NCBI GenBank assembly: GCA_963666735.1 | Contig: OY762926.1 | Span: 1,120,001-1,184,000 of the forward strand | Length of the DNA stretch: 64,000 nt | Direction of reading: 5' to 3' | DNA from: Gemmatimonadota bacterium | GTDB taxonomy: Bacteria > Gemmatimonadota > Gemmatimonadetes > Palauibacterales > Palauibacteraceae | In this document: positions 37,664-47,360 of the stretch, one piece after another | Layout of the letters: the number at the start of each line of letters is the position of its first letter | How positions within the stretch are numbered: position 1 is the first letter of the stretch | Position numbers and translations under genes: made by a program | The notes under the pieces: generated by a model | Databases searched by the model: none | Seen by the model: only the letters and a program-made list of their open reading frames with translations | Told to the model about the DNA's origin: nothing

Positions 37664-39513
37664 AGCTCCCCTCGGTCGAGCGGCTCGCCGCGGCGGCGTG
37701 GGCGACCGCGCGACGGTTCCCGGTCGTCCTTGCCTGCGCGGTCGTCGCCGCGGTCGCCGCGATGCGGGCGATCAACGCGGAAACGGCGCTCGAGCTGCGC
37801 CTCGTAGCCGCGGCCAGCCTCGGCCTGCCGCTGCTCACCGCGCTCACCCTGTTCGCGGAGCGGTGGAGGCTCGCCCGGCCGCGGCACTGGGCGCTGCGCG
37901 GACTCGGCGTGGCCGTGCTCGCCCTCTACTACTGGCAATGGCCGAACTGGGGCGAGAACATCGCCGGCCTCCGCCATTTTCACCTGACCGTGACGCTGCA
38001 TCTGCTCGTCGCCTTCATCGCCTATCTCGGCGTCCGCGAGCCGAACGGTTTCTGGCACTTCAACCGCACGCTCTTCTTCCGGTTCGGTCTCGGCGCGATC
38101 TACACGGGCGTCCTCTTCGGCGGGCTCGCCATCGCGCTGTTCGGCATCGAGAATCTGTTCAACGTCGACATCGCCGACGAAAACTACGGCCGACTCTTCT
38201 TCTTCCTCGGCTTCGTGTTTCAGACGTGGTTCGTGCTCGCGGGCGTGCCGGACGATTTCGAGCGACTGGAACGCCGCGACGACTACCCCGCGGGCCTGCG
38301 CGTCTTCGCCCAATACGTGCTCCTCCCGCTCGTCGCCGTATACCTGATCATCCTCACCGCCTACCTCGGGCGCGTCGTCATCACGACGACGTGGCCCAGC
38401 GGCTGGATCGGACTTCTCGTCTCCGCCCTCGCCGCCTTCGGCATCCTGTCGCTCCTCCTCGTGCATCCCCGGCGCGGACAGGAGGACCACGCGTGGATCG
38501 ACACGTACGCCCGCATCTTCTGGATTCTCATCATCCCGTCCATCGTCATGCTCCTGCTCGCCATCGGGCAGCGCATCGAACAGTACGGGATCACCGAGCG
38601 CCGGTATCTGCTGCTCCTCCTCGGCATCTGGCTCGCGGGCGCCGCCGTCTTCTACACGGTGACGCGATCGCGCGAGATCAAGGGGATTCCGCTGACTCTG
38701 GCCATCATTGGCGCCGTCACTTTCGTCGGCCCCTGGTCCGCCTACGCGGTGGCCGAACGAAGTCAGACGGGCCGGCTCGAGGACCTGCTCTCGACGCACG
38801 GCGTCCTGGCCGAAGGCCGGATATCGCCGGCCGTCGTCGAGATTCCGCCCGCGGACTGGCAGCAAATCAACGATGTGCTGCTCTACCTGATTTCGTGGCA
38901 CGGGACGTCCGCCATCGACGAGTGGTTCGAGGGCGGCGTGGCAACGGTGGATACGATCGGAGACGCCGCGGCGGCCTCGATGAGGGTCGCGGAGGCCGGA
39001 CGCCGGGCGACGCTCATCGCGAATCACTTCGGGCTCATGCCCTCCGAGGGACTGCTCGCGGATCCCTACGGGTTCGTCGACATCGCGCCACCGGGCGGCC
39101 GGAACGCGGCCGTCGCCGTGTCCGGCTTCGAGCGGGCCGTCTTCGAGCGGAACCTTCTCGCGGGACGCTACCCGTTCGAGGGCGACTCCCTCACCTTCGA
39201 GGCCACCGCGGACAGCCTGGGGACGACGATTCGGCTCGGCGGAGACGAACTGGCCACGGTCTCGTTCACCGAACTCATTGCGCGCGCCGGACGCTTCGGC
39301 ACCACGACGGCGCCGGGAAGGGTGCAACTGCCGCCGGACTCTCTTCGGCTCGACATCTCCGGGGCGGACGTGACGGCTCGCGTCCAGATTACGCTGCTGC
39401 GGCTCCGCGACCGCGACGGGGAGCTGCGGCCGACCCGCGCGACCGGCACGTTGCTCCTCACGCGCGGCGAGGATGCCCCGGAGTCCCCGGAGTCCCCCGG
39501 CTTCCCTCGGTAG
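37660..39513 (+). CDS. DUF4153-like multi-pass membrane protein
   Basis: About 10 TMs; LLPLV.VY..IL.AY, RIEQYGITERRY, SQ..RL; periplasmic tail. Confidence 0.8.
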   Translation: MKLPSVERLAAAAWATARRFPVVLACAVVAAVAAMRAINAETALELRLVAAASLGLPLLTALTLFAERWRLARPRHWALRGLGVAVLALYYWQWPNWGENIAGLRHFHLTVTLHLLVAFIAYLGVREPNGFWHFNRTLFFRFGLGAIYTGVLFGGLAIALFGIENLFNVDIADENYGRLFFFLGFVFQTWFVLAGVPDDFERLERRDDYPAGLRVFAQYVLLPLVAVYLIILTAYLGRVVITTTWPSGWIGLLVSALAAFGILSLLLVHPRRGQEDHAWIDTYARIFWILIIPSIVMLLLAIGQRIEQYGITERRYLLLLLGIWLAGAAVFYTVTRSREIKGIPLTLAIIGAVTFVGPWSAYAVAERSQTGRLEDLLSTHGVLAEGRISPAVVEIPPADWQQINDVLLYLISWHGTSAIDEWFEGGVATVDTIGDAAAASMRVAEAGRRATLIANHFGLMPSEGLLADPYGFVDIAPPGGRNAAVAVSGFERAVFERNLLAGRYPFEGDSLTFEATADSLGTTIRLGGDELATVSFTELIARAGRFGTTTAPGRVQLPPDSLRLDISGADVTARVQITLLRLRDRDGELRPTRATGTLLLTRGEDAPESPESPGFPR

Positions 39514-39551
39514 GCCTACAATCGCAGGCGTACAACCGCAGGCGTACAACC
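39510..39551. repeat. 14-bp tandem repeat GCAGGCGTACAACC (2 exact + 1 degenerate)
   Basis: gtaggcctacaatc / gcaggcgtacaacc / gcaggcgtacaacc. Confidence 0.85.
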
Positions 39552-39580
39552 TTTCGGAAGGTGTCGCGGTCGTACTGATT

Positions 39581-39606
39581 GGAACCTGACCCGGCGCTTG
39601 CGCGTA
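39581..39606 (+). promoter_or_regulatory. Putative ECF sigma promoter GGAAC-N17-CGTA
   Basis: GGAAC ctgacccggcgcttgcg CGTA, 40 bp before the GTG at 39647. Confidence 0.55.
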
Positions 39607-39646
39607 TGTCTTGAGATCGGATACCGCCCCTGCCCCTGGAGCCGAC

Positions 39647-40360
39647 GTGAAGCTGATTCGAAGAGCCGCCACCGCCTTCACCCTCTGGATCTTCGCGATC
39701 TGCGTCTGGGCCGCCGTTGCCCACCTCACGAGCCTCCCCGGGCCGGCGAAGGCGAGTACGGCGACCCTGGAGGGGATCGCGAGCCTCGTCGAACGGGCGG
39801 ATCCGCCGGGGTCGCTCGGCGCCCCCCGATTTGCCGCGGGGCAATTGCGGCGAACGGCACACACGGCTGAGCGGGTCAACGGAGGCATCGAGCGCGCCAT
39901 CGGGGCGTGGGTGGACCGCATGGGGCACGGCGAGGTTCACGACCGGGGCCGGGACTCCCGCTTCGGGTCCGCCGCCCGCGCGGCCAACGTGGCCATCCTC
40001 GACGATGGCCGTATCACGATCCGGATGGATGCGAGATCCGATGTGGGCCGCGCGCAGCTCGAGGGACTCCGTGCGCTGCGCCTGGCCGGGCGGGCTTCGC
40101 TACGGACGGGCGACGCCGGCATCTGGATCGATCGGACCGAGAAGGCCGCGGCCGGGTCGGCCGAGGCGGACCTCAGGCTGCGCGCGGCGCGCCACGGAGA
40201 GGCGTGGTCGCTGAGAGTTTCCGAGGCGGGGGCCGCGCTGGATGAGGCGGCCATCCGGTTGGACATCGATGCCAACCTTGACCGGAAGAAGCTCAGGGAG
40301 CGGATCGAGAAGCTGCTCGATCTGCTGGAGGAGCTCCAGAACTTCGAGGGCGGTCGGTAG
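39647..40360 (+). CDS. Hypothetical protein with N-terminal membrane anchor
   Basis: GGAG RBS + GTG; one hydrophobic segment; C-terminal amphipathic helix; no recognisable motif. Confidence 0.6.
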   Translation: MKLIRRAATAFTLWIFAICVWAAVAHLTSLPGPAKASTATLEGIASLVERADPPGSLGAPRFAAGQLRRTAHTAERVNGGIERAIGAWVDRMGHGEVHDRGRDSRFGSAARAANVAILDDGRITIRMDARSDVGRAQLEGLRALRLAGRASLRTGDAGIWIDRTEKAAAGSAEADLRLRAARHGEAWSLRVSEAGAALDEAAIRLDIDANLDRKKLRERIEKLLDLLEELQNFEGGR

Positions 40361-40395
40361 CTCTCAGGTTTTCCGGGACACGACTCCGGAACCCC

Positions 40396-41520
40396 ATGAA
40401 GCACTGCGGCAGGCGCGCCGGCGCGGCCGGGATTCTGGCTGCGGTCTCCCTCGCTGGCGTCGCGCTCACGGGCGTGGCGCCCGCCGCATCCGCTCAGGCG
40501 ACGCACGCAGGCCACGGCGGGGCACCGGACCGGGGCCGACCGACCACGTCCACCGCGAGCATCCGGGTCGTCGACAATCCGGAGCGGAAGGAACTCGCGA
40601 TCATCCTGGGTCCGATCGACCTTCCGGCCCGCTCATCCCACCACATGGCCCAGCTGCCCGTGCAGGAAGGCGTCGTGCCCTTCGACCTGACGATCCGGGG
40701 GTACCGTACGCACATCATCGATGGCCGGGGCGAGCCGGTGCCGCGCGTCGCGCTGCATCACATGAACCTGCTCGATCCGGGACGGCGGGAGCTGTTCCTG
40801 CCGGTCATGCTGCGCGTGCTCGCGGCGAGCCACGAGACGCGGCCCGTGAGCTTTCCCGGATGGCTGTTCGGCATTCCAATGAAGGGCGGTTCGAGATTCC
40901 TCGCGCTCACGATGCTGCACAATCCGACGGACGTGGACTACGAGGGCGTCACGGTCCACCTGACGCTCGAGTACGAGCGCTTCGCCTCCCTGCCCCTCTA
41001 CCCGGTGGCGCCGTTTCATCTCGACGCGATGTACCCCGAGGTCTCCGCGACGAAAGCCTGGGACCTTCCGCCCGGGCACTCGGTCAAGACATGGGACGCG
41101 AGTCCGGCGATCCGCGGGCTCATCATCGGGCTCGGCGGTCACCTCCACGCGCACGCCTCCCGGCTCCGCTTCGAGAACCTGACGACGGGCGAGGTGCTCT
41201 ACGACATCCGCCCGAAGCTCGATGAGGAGGGGCGCGTCGCGGGCATCCCGGCACTCATGCACAGGGGGCGCGGCGTAGGCGCGCTCGTCGTCCCGGAGCA
41301 CCGGTACCGGATCACCGTCGAGTACCGAAACCCCTTCGATACGGTGATCGAGGACGGGGGCATGGGTTCCATCGCCGGCGCCTTCATCCCGCTGGAGAAC
41401 TGGCCCGCGGCGAATCCCCGGGAGGCGTTATTCGCCGCCGACTACGATTGGGTCCTCCGCGGCCAGGTCGAACACGGGGCCGTCAGTTCTCCCGGCGGTA
41501 CTCCGCACGGCCGCCGATGA
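40396..41520 (+). CDS. Secreted copper type II monooxygenase-like (PHM/DbM-fold) protein
   Basis: Signal peptide ASA-QA; LHHMN, MLHN, GGHLHAH and GGMG occur in the order of the PHM CuH/CuM ligands. Confidence 0.6.
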   Translation: MKHCGRRAGAAGILAAVSLAGVALTGVAPAASAQATHAGHGGAPDRGRPTTSTASIRVVDNPERKELAIILGPIDLPARSSHHMAQLPVQEGVVPFDLTIRGYRTHIIDGRGEPVPRVALHHMNLLDPGRRELFLPVMLRVLAASHETRPVSFPGWLFGIPMKGGSRFLALTMLHNPTDVDYEGVTVHLTLEYERFASLPLYPVAPFHLDAMYPEVSATKAWDLPPGHSVKTWDASPAIRGLIIGLGGHLHAHASRLRFENLTTGEVLYDIRPKLDEEGRVAGIPALMHRGRGVGALVVPEHRYRITVEYRNPFDTVIEDGGMGSIAGAFIPLENWPAANPREALFAADYDWVLRGQVEHGAVSSPGGTPHGRR

Positions 41521-43270
41521 TCGTGTAGTCCACGACGGTCTCCAGTATCTCGTCCGCGGGAATCGTGAGGATGTCCCGGGACAGGACCGTGATGTCCGCC
41601 AGCTTCCCGACCTCGAGCGTCCCCTTGAGGTCCTCCTCGAAGGCGGCGTACGCGTTGGCCCACGTATACGAACGCAAGGCTTCCTCGCGCGTCATCGCCT
41701 GCCCCTCGAAGAACGTCCCGCCATCCTCGACCAGGCGCGTGACCGTGCAGTGGAAGCTCGCCAGAGGGTCCGAATCCTCCACCGGGACATCCGTCCCGTT
41801 CGTCACGATCGCTCCGGCCCGCATGAGGTCCTGCCACACGTAGGCGCCCGAGCGCGCCCGGCCCTCGCCGAGCCGAAGGGTCACCCACGGACCGTCGGAG
41901 CAGGCGTGGACTCCCTGCATGGAGGCGATGACCCCGAGTTCGGCGAAGCGCGGAATATCCGCCGGATCGATGTGCTGCGCGTGCTCGATCCTCCAGCGCA
42001 GGTCCTTCATGTCCGCGTGGTCCGCGAAGGTGCGCTCGTACAGGTCCAGCACCTCGCGGTTCGCCCGGTCCCCGATCGCGTGCGTATTGACCTGGTAGCC
42101 GCGCTCGATCGCCAGCCGCGCGAGGCGCTCGATGGCCTCCGGCGGCGTCGTCGCCAGGCCGGTGGTCGACGGCATGTCGGCATAGGGCTGGAGCAGCCAG
42201 GCGCCGTGCGACCCCAGCGCCCCATCCGCGACCTGCTTGATGGATCGCACGGTGAGCCGGTCGCCCCCATACCCGACCATGTAGTACTCGTCCAGCCGCC
42301 CCTCGAGCGTCTCCGCCCCGCCCTGCAGCATCACGTAGAGTCGCACCGGCAGCGCGCCCTCGTCCGCGAGCGTCCTGAGCAGGTCCACCGTCCCGAAGCC
42401 AGAACCCGCGTCCTGGAAGCTCGTGACGCCCTTCCGAAGCAGGTCCTCGTTCGCGAGACGTACCTGTTCGCGGGCCCGCGCCTCGCGCTCGCCCTCGGAG
42501 CGGTTCGCCTCCTCCTCGCCGAACGCCGCCCGCGCCAGGCGCTGCGCCGTCTCCCTCAGGACGCCGGTGGGTCGCCCCGCCGCGTCATGCACGATCTCTC
42601 CGCCCGGAGGGTTCGGTGTCTCCGCGTCGATCCCGGCCAACTCGAGCGCCCTCTCGTTCACGAAGGAGGCGTGTCCGCTGGCGTGCGTCAGGATGACCGG
42701 ATTGGCGGGGCTCACCGCGCTGAGGCCGTCGTGGACCGGCTGTCCCTCGACCATCGGATCGGGCGCCGCGCTCCACTTCTCCTGATGCCAGCCCCTGCCG
42801 CTGATCCAGGCGCCCGGTTCCGCGCTCGAGGCCGCCTCCCCCACGAGGCTGACGATGTCATCCCAGGTGTCGGCGGCCGTAAGGTCAAGGATCATGCGGG
42901 CGTTCCCCAGACCCATGAAATGACCGTGGCCTTCTATGAACCCCGGGATCGCGAGCCGACCCTCGAGGTCGATGACCTCGGTGTCTTCCCCGATCCATCC
43001 GGAGACATCGTCGTCCGCCCCGAGCGCCACGATCCGCCCGTCCCTCGACGCGAGGGCGCTGACCGCTTCCCCGCCCTCGCCCGCCAGGGTCGCGATCTTC
43101 CCGTTGGTGAGGACGAGTTCCGCCACGCCCGTCGCCGGATCCGCGGCCGCCACGCCACCCGCTTCCGCTGAATCCCCGGCGTCGGTCGCGCAGGCCGCAA
43201 GGGCGAGAAGAAGAAACGATCGGACGAAAACGGACGGTCCTTCGCGATGTCGAATCAACTGTCGAGCCAT
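41483..43270 (-). CDS. Amidohydrolase 3 family (YtcJ-like) lipoprotein
   Basis: Lipobox LAAC; PGFIEGHGH, ADGALGS, HAIGD, RIEHAQ, GTDVPVE, GKLAD. Start uncertain. Confidence 0.92.
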   Translation of the reverse strand: MARQLIRHREGPSVFVRSFLLLALAACATDAGDSAEAGGVAAADPATGVAELVLTNGKIATLAGEGGEAVSALASRDGRIVALGADDDVSGWIGEDTEVIDLEGRLAIPGFIEGHGHFMGLGNARMILDLTAADTWDDIVSLVGEAASSAEPGAWISGRGWHQEKWSAAPDPMVEGQPVHDGLSAVSPANPVILTHASGHASFVNERALELAGIDAETPNPPGGEIVHDAAGRPTGVLRETAQRLARAAFGEEEANRSEGEREARAREQVRLANEDLLRKGVTSFQDAGSGFGTVDLLRTLADEGALPVRLYVMLQGGAETLEGRLDEYYMVGYGGDRLTVRSIKQVADGALGSHGAWLLQPYADMPSTTGLATTPPEAIERLARLAIERGYQVNTHAIGDRANREVLDLYERTFADHADMKDLRWRIEHAQHIDPADIPRFAELGVIASMQGVHACSDGPWVTLRLGEGRARSGAYVWQDLMRAGAIVTNGTDVPVEDSDPLASFHCTVTRLVEDGGTFFEGQAMTREEALRSYTWANAYAAFEEDLKGTLEVGKLADITVLSRDILTIPADEILETVVDYTIIGGRAEYRREN

Positions 43271-43471
43271 GGTGTCCCTGACCTTGCTGTGAGCGGTTCG
43301 GCTGATCATAGCGGCCCGCCAATGATGGCGCACAGGACTCGCCCGGGATCCGCCCTCGCAGCTTCCGGGCCGGAGCCCGCGCGGGTACGTTTACGGGAGT
43401 CTCGAGGGTTCCCGGGCGCTGCCCGGATCTCCCGAAAACGAGGTGAGAGGGGACGACGCGATGGGCACGTG

Positions 43472-44092
43472 ATGGGCGGAACGCGCAACGTCGGGAGGTG
43501 GGGAGCCGGTTTCGCGCTGGCTCTCGTCTGCGTCCTTCCAGCGGCGGCCGAGGCGCAGATCGGCATCCTCGCGGGCTACAGCCGCGACACGCTCGAGGAG
43601 TTCCTGCCCGAGAACGGATTCGATCTCACGGATGTCACCGATGGATACCACGTCGGCGTGTTCCTGAACTTCAATCTCGCCACCTTCTCCATCCGGCCGG
43701 CCCTCATCTACCATCGCATGCCGGCACTCGTCGCGATGGCCGGTGACGAACAGGTTCGGTTCGACATCGACATGGTGGAGATTCCGCTGGATTTTCGCAT
43801 CCGACTTCCCCTGCCGGTCGTTCAGCCCTACGTGCTGGGCGGGCCCGTCCTGACCTTCCCGTCCAGCACGTTTTCGGGCGTGGACGACCTCCTCACCGCG
43901 CGCCCCGTTCGTGCCGAGTTCGGAGTCGGTCTCGAACTCGACCTCGGTCTCCGGCTCTGGCCCGAAGTGCGCTACGGATTCGGGATCGGCTCGCTGATGG
44001 GATCCGATGTCGCCGTCGGATCCCGCGTACTCCAGGGCGAGGGAGAACCCCGGCACGACACCCTGACCCTCCGCTTGGGCGTCAGTTTCTAA
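43472..44092 (+). CDS. Outer-membrane beta-barrel (porin-family-like) protein
   Basis: Signal peptide AEA-QI; VEIPL, PYVLGGP, EVRYGFG; C-terminal LGVSF. Confidence 0.8.
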   Translation: MGGTRNVGRWGAGFALALVCVLPAAAEAQIGILAGYSRDTLEEFLPENGFDLTDVTDGYHVGVFLNFNLATFSIRPALIYHRMPALVAMAGDEQVRFDIDMVEIPLDFRIRLPLPVVQPYVLGGPVLTFPSSTFSGVDDLLTARPVRAEFGVGLELDLGLRLWPEVRYGFGIGSLMGSDVAVGSRVLQGEGEPRHDTLTLRLGVSF

Positions 44093-44120
44093 CGGACCGC
44101 ATCCCGCAGGATCGCCGGAC

Positions 44121-44179
44121 TTGACCCTTCGACCGCCCATTCACCATTATGGATCCCGGACTACCGAATAAATACCGAA
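44121..44179 (+). promoter_or_regulatory. Sigma70-like promoter (TTGACC-N18-CATTAT) followed by TACCGAA-N4-TACCGAA direct repeat
   Basis: TTGACC 44121-44126, CATTAT 44145-44150; repeats at 44162-44168 and 44173-44179. Confidence 0.55.
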
Positions 44180-44207
44180 ATCAGCGATCCCGAGGATGCG
44201 GAGGACA

Positions 44208-45332
44208 ATGCCCGGAATCCCGGAAGAAAGGCGCTCGATTCGGGGGCGGGGGAGCGCGCACAACCCGGCGAACCGCTTCCTGCCTCTCGCGGTCGAGCGG
44301 GAGGCCTGGACGCTCGCGTCCGATCCGGATCCGCAGACGGAGATTCTGGTGGACCGCTCCCGCACGATCATCTCCTACAACAACAGTCCGGACCTCGGTT
44401 TCGACGCCAGCCTGAACCCGTACCGCGGGTGCGAGACCGGGTGTTCGTACTGCTACGCGCGACCCACGCACGAATATTTCGGGCTCTCCGCGGGACTCGA
44501 CTTCGAGAGCCGGATTCTGGTGAAACCGGAGGCCCCGGCGCTGCTCAGACGCGAACTGGCCTCGCCGCGGTGGGAACCGCAGGTGCTCGTGCTCAGCGGG
44601 GTGACGGACCCGTATCAGCCCGTGGAGCGCCGCCTCGGGATCACTCGCCGCTGCCTCGAGGTGCTGGCCGAAGCCCGGAACCCGGTCGGGATCGTGACCA
44701 AGCACCACCGGGTGACGCGGGACATCGACCTCCTGCGCGAACTCGCGCGTTACGACGCCGTGCAGGTTCAACTCTCCATCACGACGCTGGACCGCGCGCT
44801 GCAGCGAAGGCTGGAGCCGCGGGCTTCGACCCCGGCGCGGCGGCTCGACGCGATCGCGCGGCTGGCGGATGCGGGCGTCCCGGTGGGCGTGAACGTGGCG
44901 CCCGTGATTCCCGGACTCACGGACCACGAGATCCCCGCCATCGTGGAGGCGGCGGCGGAGGCGGGGGCGGGGCGGGCGATCTACATCATGCTCCGCCTTC
45001 CGTTCGGAGTCGCCGCCCTGTTCGAAGACTGGCTGCGGCGCAACTGTCCGGACCGGGCGGAGAAGGTGCTCAACCGCATGCGGGAGTTGAGAGGCGGGAG
45101 CCTCTATGCGTCGAACTACGGCGAGCGGATGCGCGGGCGCGGCCCGTTCGCCGACCAGGTCGCGCGGCTCTTCTCACTGGCGCGTGCGAAGCACGGAATC
45201 GAGCCGCGCGACTACGACCTCTCGGCGGAACACTTCCGGCCGCCGCGGGCCGGCCCCCAACTGGGCCTGTTCGACGAGTCCGGCGGCAACGGCGCTAGCC
45301 GTCGAGGTCGCTCCCGCCCCGCCGCCACCTGA
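44208..45332 (+). CDS. PA0069/Rv2578c-family radical SAM protein (SplB-like)
   Basis: GGAGG RBS; NNSPDLGFDASLNPYRGCETGCSYCYARPTHEY, TDPYQP, LEPRAS, QLGLF tail. Confidence 0.92.
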   Translation: MPGIPEERRSIRGRGSAHNPANRFLPLAVEREAWTLASDPDPQTEILVDRSRTIISYNNSPDLGFDASLNPYRGCETGCSYCYARPTHEYFGLSAGLDFESRILVKPEAPALLRRELASPRWEPQVLVLSGVTDPYQPVERRLGITRRCLEVLAEARNPVGIVTKHHRVTRDIDLLRELARYDAVQVQLSITTLDRALQRRLEPRASTPARRLDAIARLADAGVPVGVNVAPVIPGLTDHEIPAIVEAAAEAGAGRAIYIMLRLPFGVAALFEDWLRRNCPDRAEKVLNRMRELRGGSLYASNYGERMRGRGPFADQVARLFSLARAKHGIEPRDYDLSAEHFRPPRAGPQLGLFDESGGNGASRRGRSRPAAT

Positions 45333-46245
45333 ACGGACCCTCCCGCTCCTCCAACTCGACGGTGAGCGTCTGCTCCGCGCCGTCGCGGACGATGCGGACC
45401 GACACCTCCCCCGGCTCGACGTCCGCGAGCGCCTCGCGCAGGTCGCCCGGGTCGTCGATGTCCTCGTCGCCGAGCCCGACGATCACGTCGCCCGCCCGCA
45501 GGCCGCCCGCCGCAGCCGGCGTATCCTCGTGGACCGAGGTGACGAGGACGCCGCCTTCCACGCCGAAGTACTCCGCGAGCTGGTCGCCCAGGCTCTGCGT
45601 GTTCGCGCCGAGCCGCGGGCGACCCCCGAGGTAGAAGACGCGACCCATTCCCTCGGCGGTCGCCTCCCGGACCCGTACCTCCAGCTCGCGGGCCCGTTCC
45701 TGCAACTCGCGCGCCCGTTCCCGCGCATCGCGCGGAGACGAGGGGGAGACGCCCGACACCTCGATCTGCGGAGACATGAACGTCAAGCCGCGGGTCCCCG
45801 AAAAGACGCCCATCCGTGCGGCGAGCTCGACGGACACCTCGCGTTCCGCTCCGTCACGGAGCACCGTCAGCTCCGCGACGCGCCCGGGCGGCGTTTCGCT
45901 CACCAACCGCCGAAGTTCCGCGACGCTCTCGACGCGGTCGCCGTTCCAGGCCACGACCACGTCCCCCTCCTCGATGCCGGCCTCGGCCGCCGGCTCACCG
46001 TCGATGACGCCGTCGATGTAGACACCGTACGGGCGAGACATCCCGAGCTCCGAGGCGCGCTCCCCGTCGACATCCAGGATCTCCACGCCGAGGTATGCGC
46101 CGCCCCCGGTAAAGGCCATCCGGATCTGTTCGCGCCGCTCGTCCTCATCCTCCTCCTGGGCCGCGACGGGCACCAGGCTCGCGTACAGCCCGGCGACCAA
46201 CGCGACCGCAAGCCCAACCGCGAGCGCATCCTTCCAGTTCTTCAT
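45295..46245 (-). CDS. Exported tandem-PDZ protein (no protease domain)
   Basis: GGAGG RBS; signal peptide; AYLGV..PAAEAGIEEGDVV and RLGA..PAAAGGLRAGDVI; coiled-coil linker. Confidence 0.88.
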   Translation of the reverse strand: MKNWKDALAVGLAVALVAGLYASLVPVAAQEEDEDERREQIRMAFTGGGAYLGVEILDVDGERASELGMSRPYGVYIDGVIDGEPAAEAGIEEGDVVVAWNGDRVESVAELRRLVSETPPGRVAELTVLRDGAEREVSVELAARMGVFSGTRGLTFMSPQIEVSGVSPSSPRDARERARELQERARELEVRVREATAEGMGRVFYLGGRPRLGANTQSLGDQLAEYFGVEGGVLVTSVHEDTPAAAGGLRAGDVIVGLGDEDIDDPGDLREALADVEPGEVSVRIVRDGAEQTLTVELEEREGPFRWRRGGSDLDG

Positions 46246-46353
46246 GTATCCTCCCCCGGGATCGTTCCCCAAGTCGTGAGCTACCGGCTTCGTTTCCCGC
46301 AGGGTCGGACACTCCGGGGAAGGCGGCCGGTTGCCCGGCCGTAGCAGCTCCGG

Positions 46354-47199
46354 CTAGCGGTCCGGCGCGAAGAAGAGCGGGATGCCGCCCTCGGTCGGGG
46401 CGATGACCATGTTGTTCTCGCCCTCGCCGATCTTCCCGAGCATCTCCAGGTAGCGCCAGTACAGGTAGCGCTGGCCCGAGATGCCGGCGAGGCTCTCCGC
46501 GATGATGTCCTGCGCGTCCCGGATTCCCTCGGCCTCGGCGCGCTGCTGGTTCGCCTGTTCGACCACGACCTGGGTCTGGTACTCCTCGGACTCCACCTGC
46601 TGCTCGCGCGACAGCTTGGCCTCGATCGCCTCCCGGATCGTCTCGGGCGGCACCACCTCGCGCACGAAGAAGTCGGTAATCTCCAACCCGCGCGGGTTCA
46701 GGCGAGTCGTCATCAGCGCCTCGATGCGGGCGGAGATCCCGGTCCGGTTGGTGGACAGGATGTCGGAGGCTTCTATCTCGGCGATCGCGTCACGGATGGC
46801 GGAGCGGTAGCTGTTGTAGATGAACGCCGCGACCGCGTTCTCGTTCCCCACCGTGAGATAGAGATGGACGGCGCTGTCCGGGTTGATGCGGTAGCGGTAG
46901 GCCGCGTCGACCGCGATCTGGAGCTGGTCCGAGGTGAGCGCGTCGAGGCGCTCGGCCTGTCCGCCGGCCGGGTACTGGACCTCGCGCAACGGATAGTTCG
47001 TCCACGAACGCAGGACCGAGTGGTACAGCCCCTGCGTGTAGGGGCGGGCCGCCACGGCGCCCGTCACCGGGTTCCGCTTGACCGCCACCTCGTACTCGTC
47101 GACGCGGTTGAAGCCGAACACGAAGAGGATGAGTACGAAGAGGATGCCGGCGACCGCGGCCACCGTGCCGATGCGGAGCGATTTCACTGATTGAGCCAT
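46354..47199 (-). CDS. SPFH/prohibitin (Band 7) family protein
   Basis: N-terminal TM; LTSDQLQIAVD, RSAIRDAIA, AIEAK, AEAEG. Confidence 0.9.
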   Translation of the reverse strand: MAQSVKSLRIGTVAAVAGILFVLILFVFGFNRVDEYEVAVKRNPVTGAVAARPYTQGLYHSVLRSWTNYPLREVQYPAGGQAERLDALTSDQLQIAVDAAYRYRINPDSAVHLYLTVGNENAVAAFIYNSYRSAIRDAIAEIEASDILSTNRTGISARIEALMTTRLNPRGLEITDFFVREVVPPETIREAIEAKLSREQQVESEEYQTQVVVEQANQQRAEAEGIRDAQDIIAESLAGISGQRYLYWRYLEMLGKIGEGENNMVIAPTEGGIPLFFAPDR

Positions 47200-47360
47200 T
47201 CTGGTCCTCCCTGAAACCGAGACAGTGCCCGCGGGCGGCGAGGCCGCGCGGACGGTATCGTTACGTGGGTTCATTGCAAGGTAAGCGCGCGGTCACGCCC
47301 GTCCCAGCTCGTGGGCAGAACCCTGTGGCCGCAGCTACACTCCTGGCGGGAGGATCATTC

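Noticed and set aside
39510..39551. Tandem repeat as a CRISPR array
   Set aside because: 14-bp units with no spacers and no cas genes.
41483..41520. 38-bp convergent overlaps here and at 45295-45332
   Set aside because: Short tail-to-tail overlaps are common in GC-rich genomes; the equal length is probably chance.
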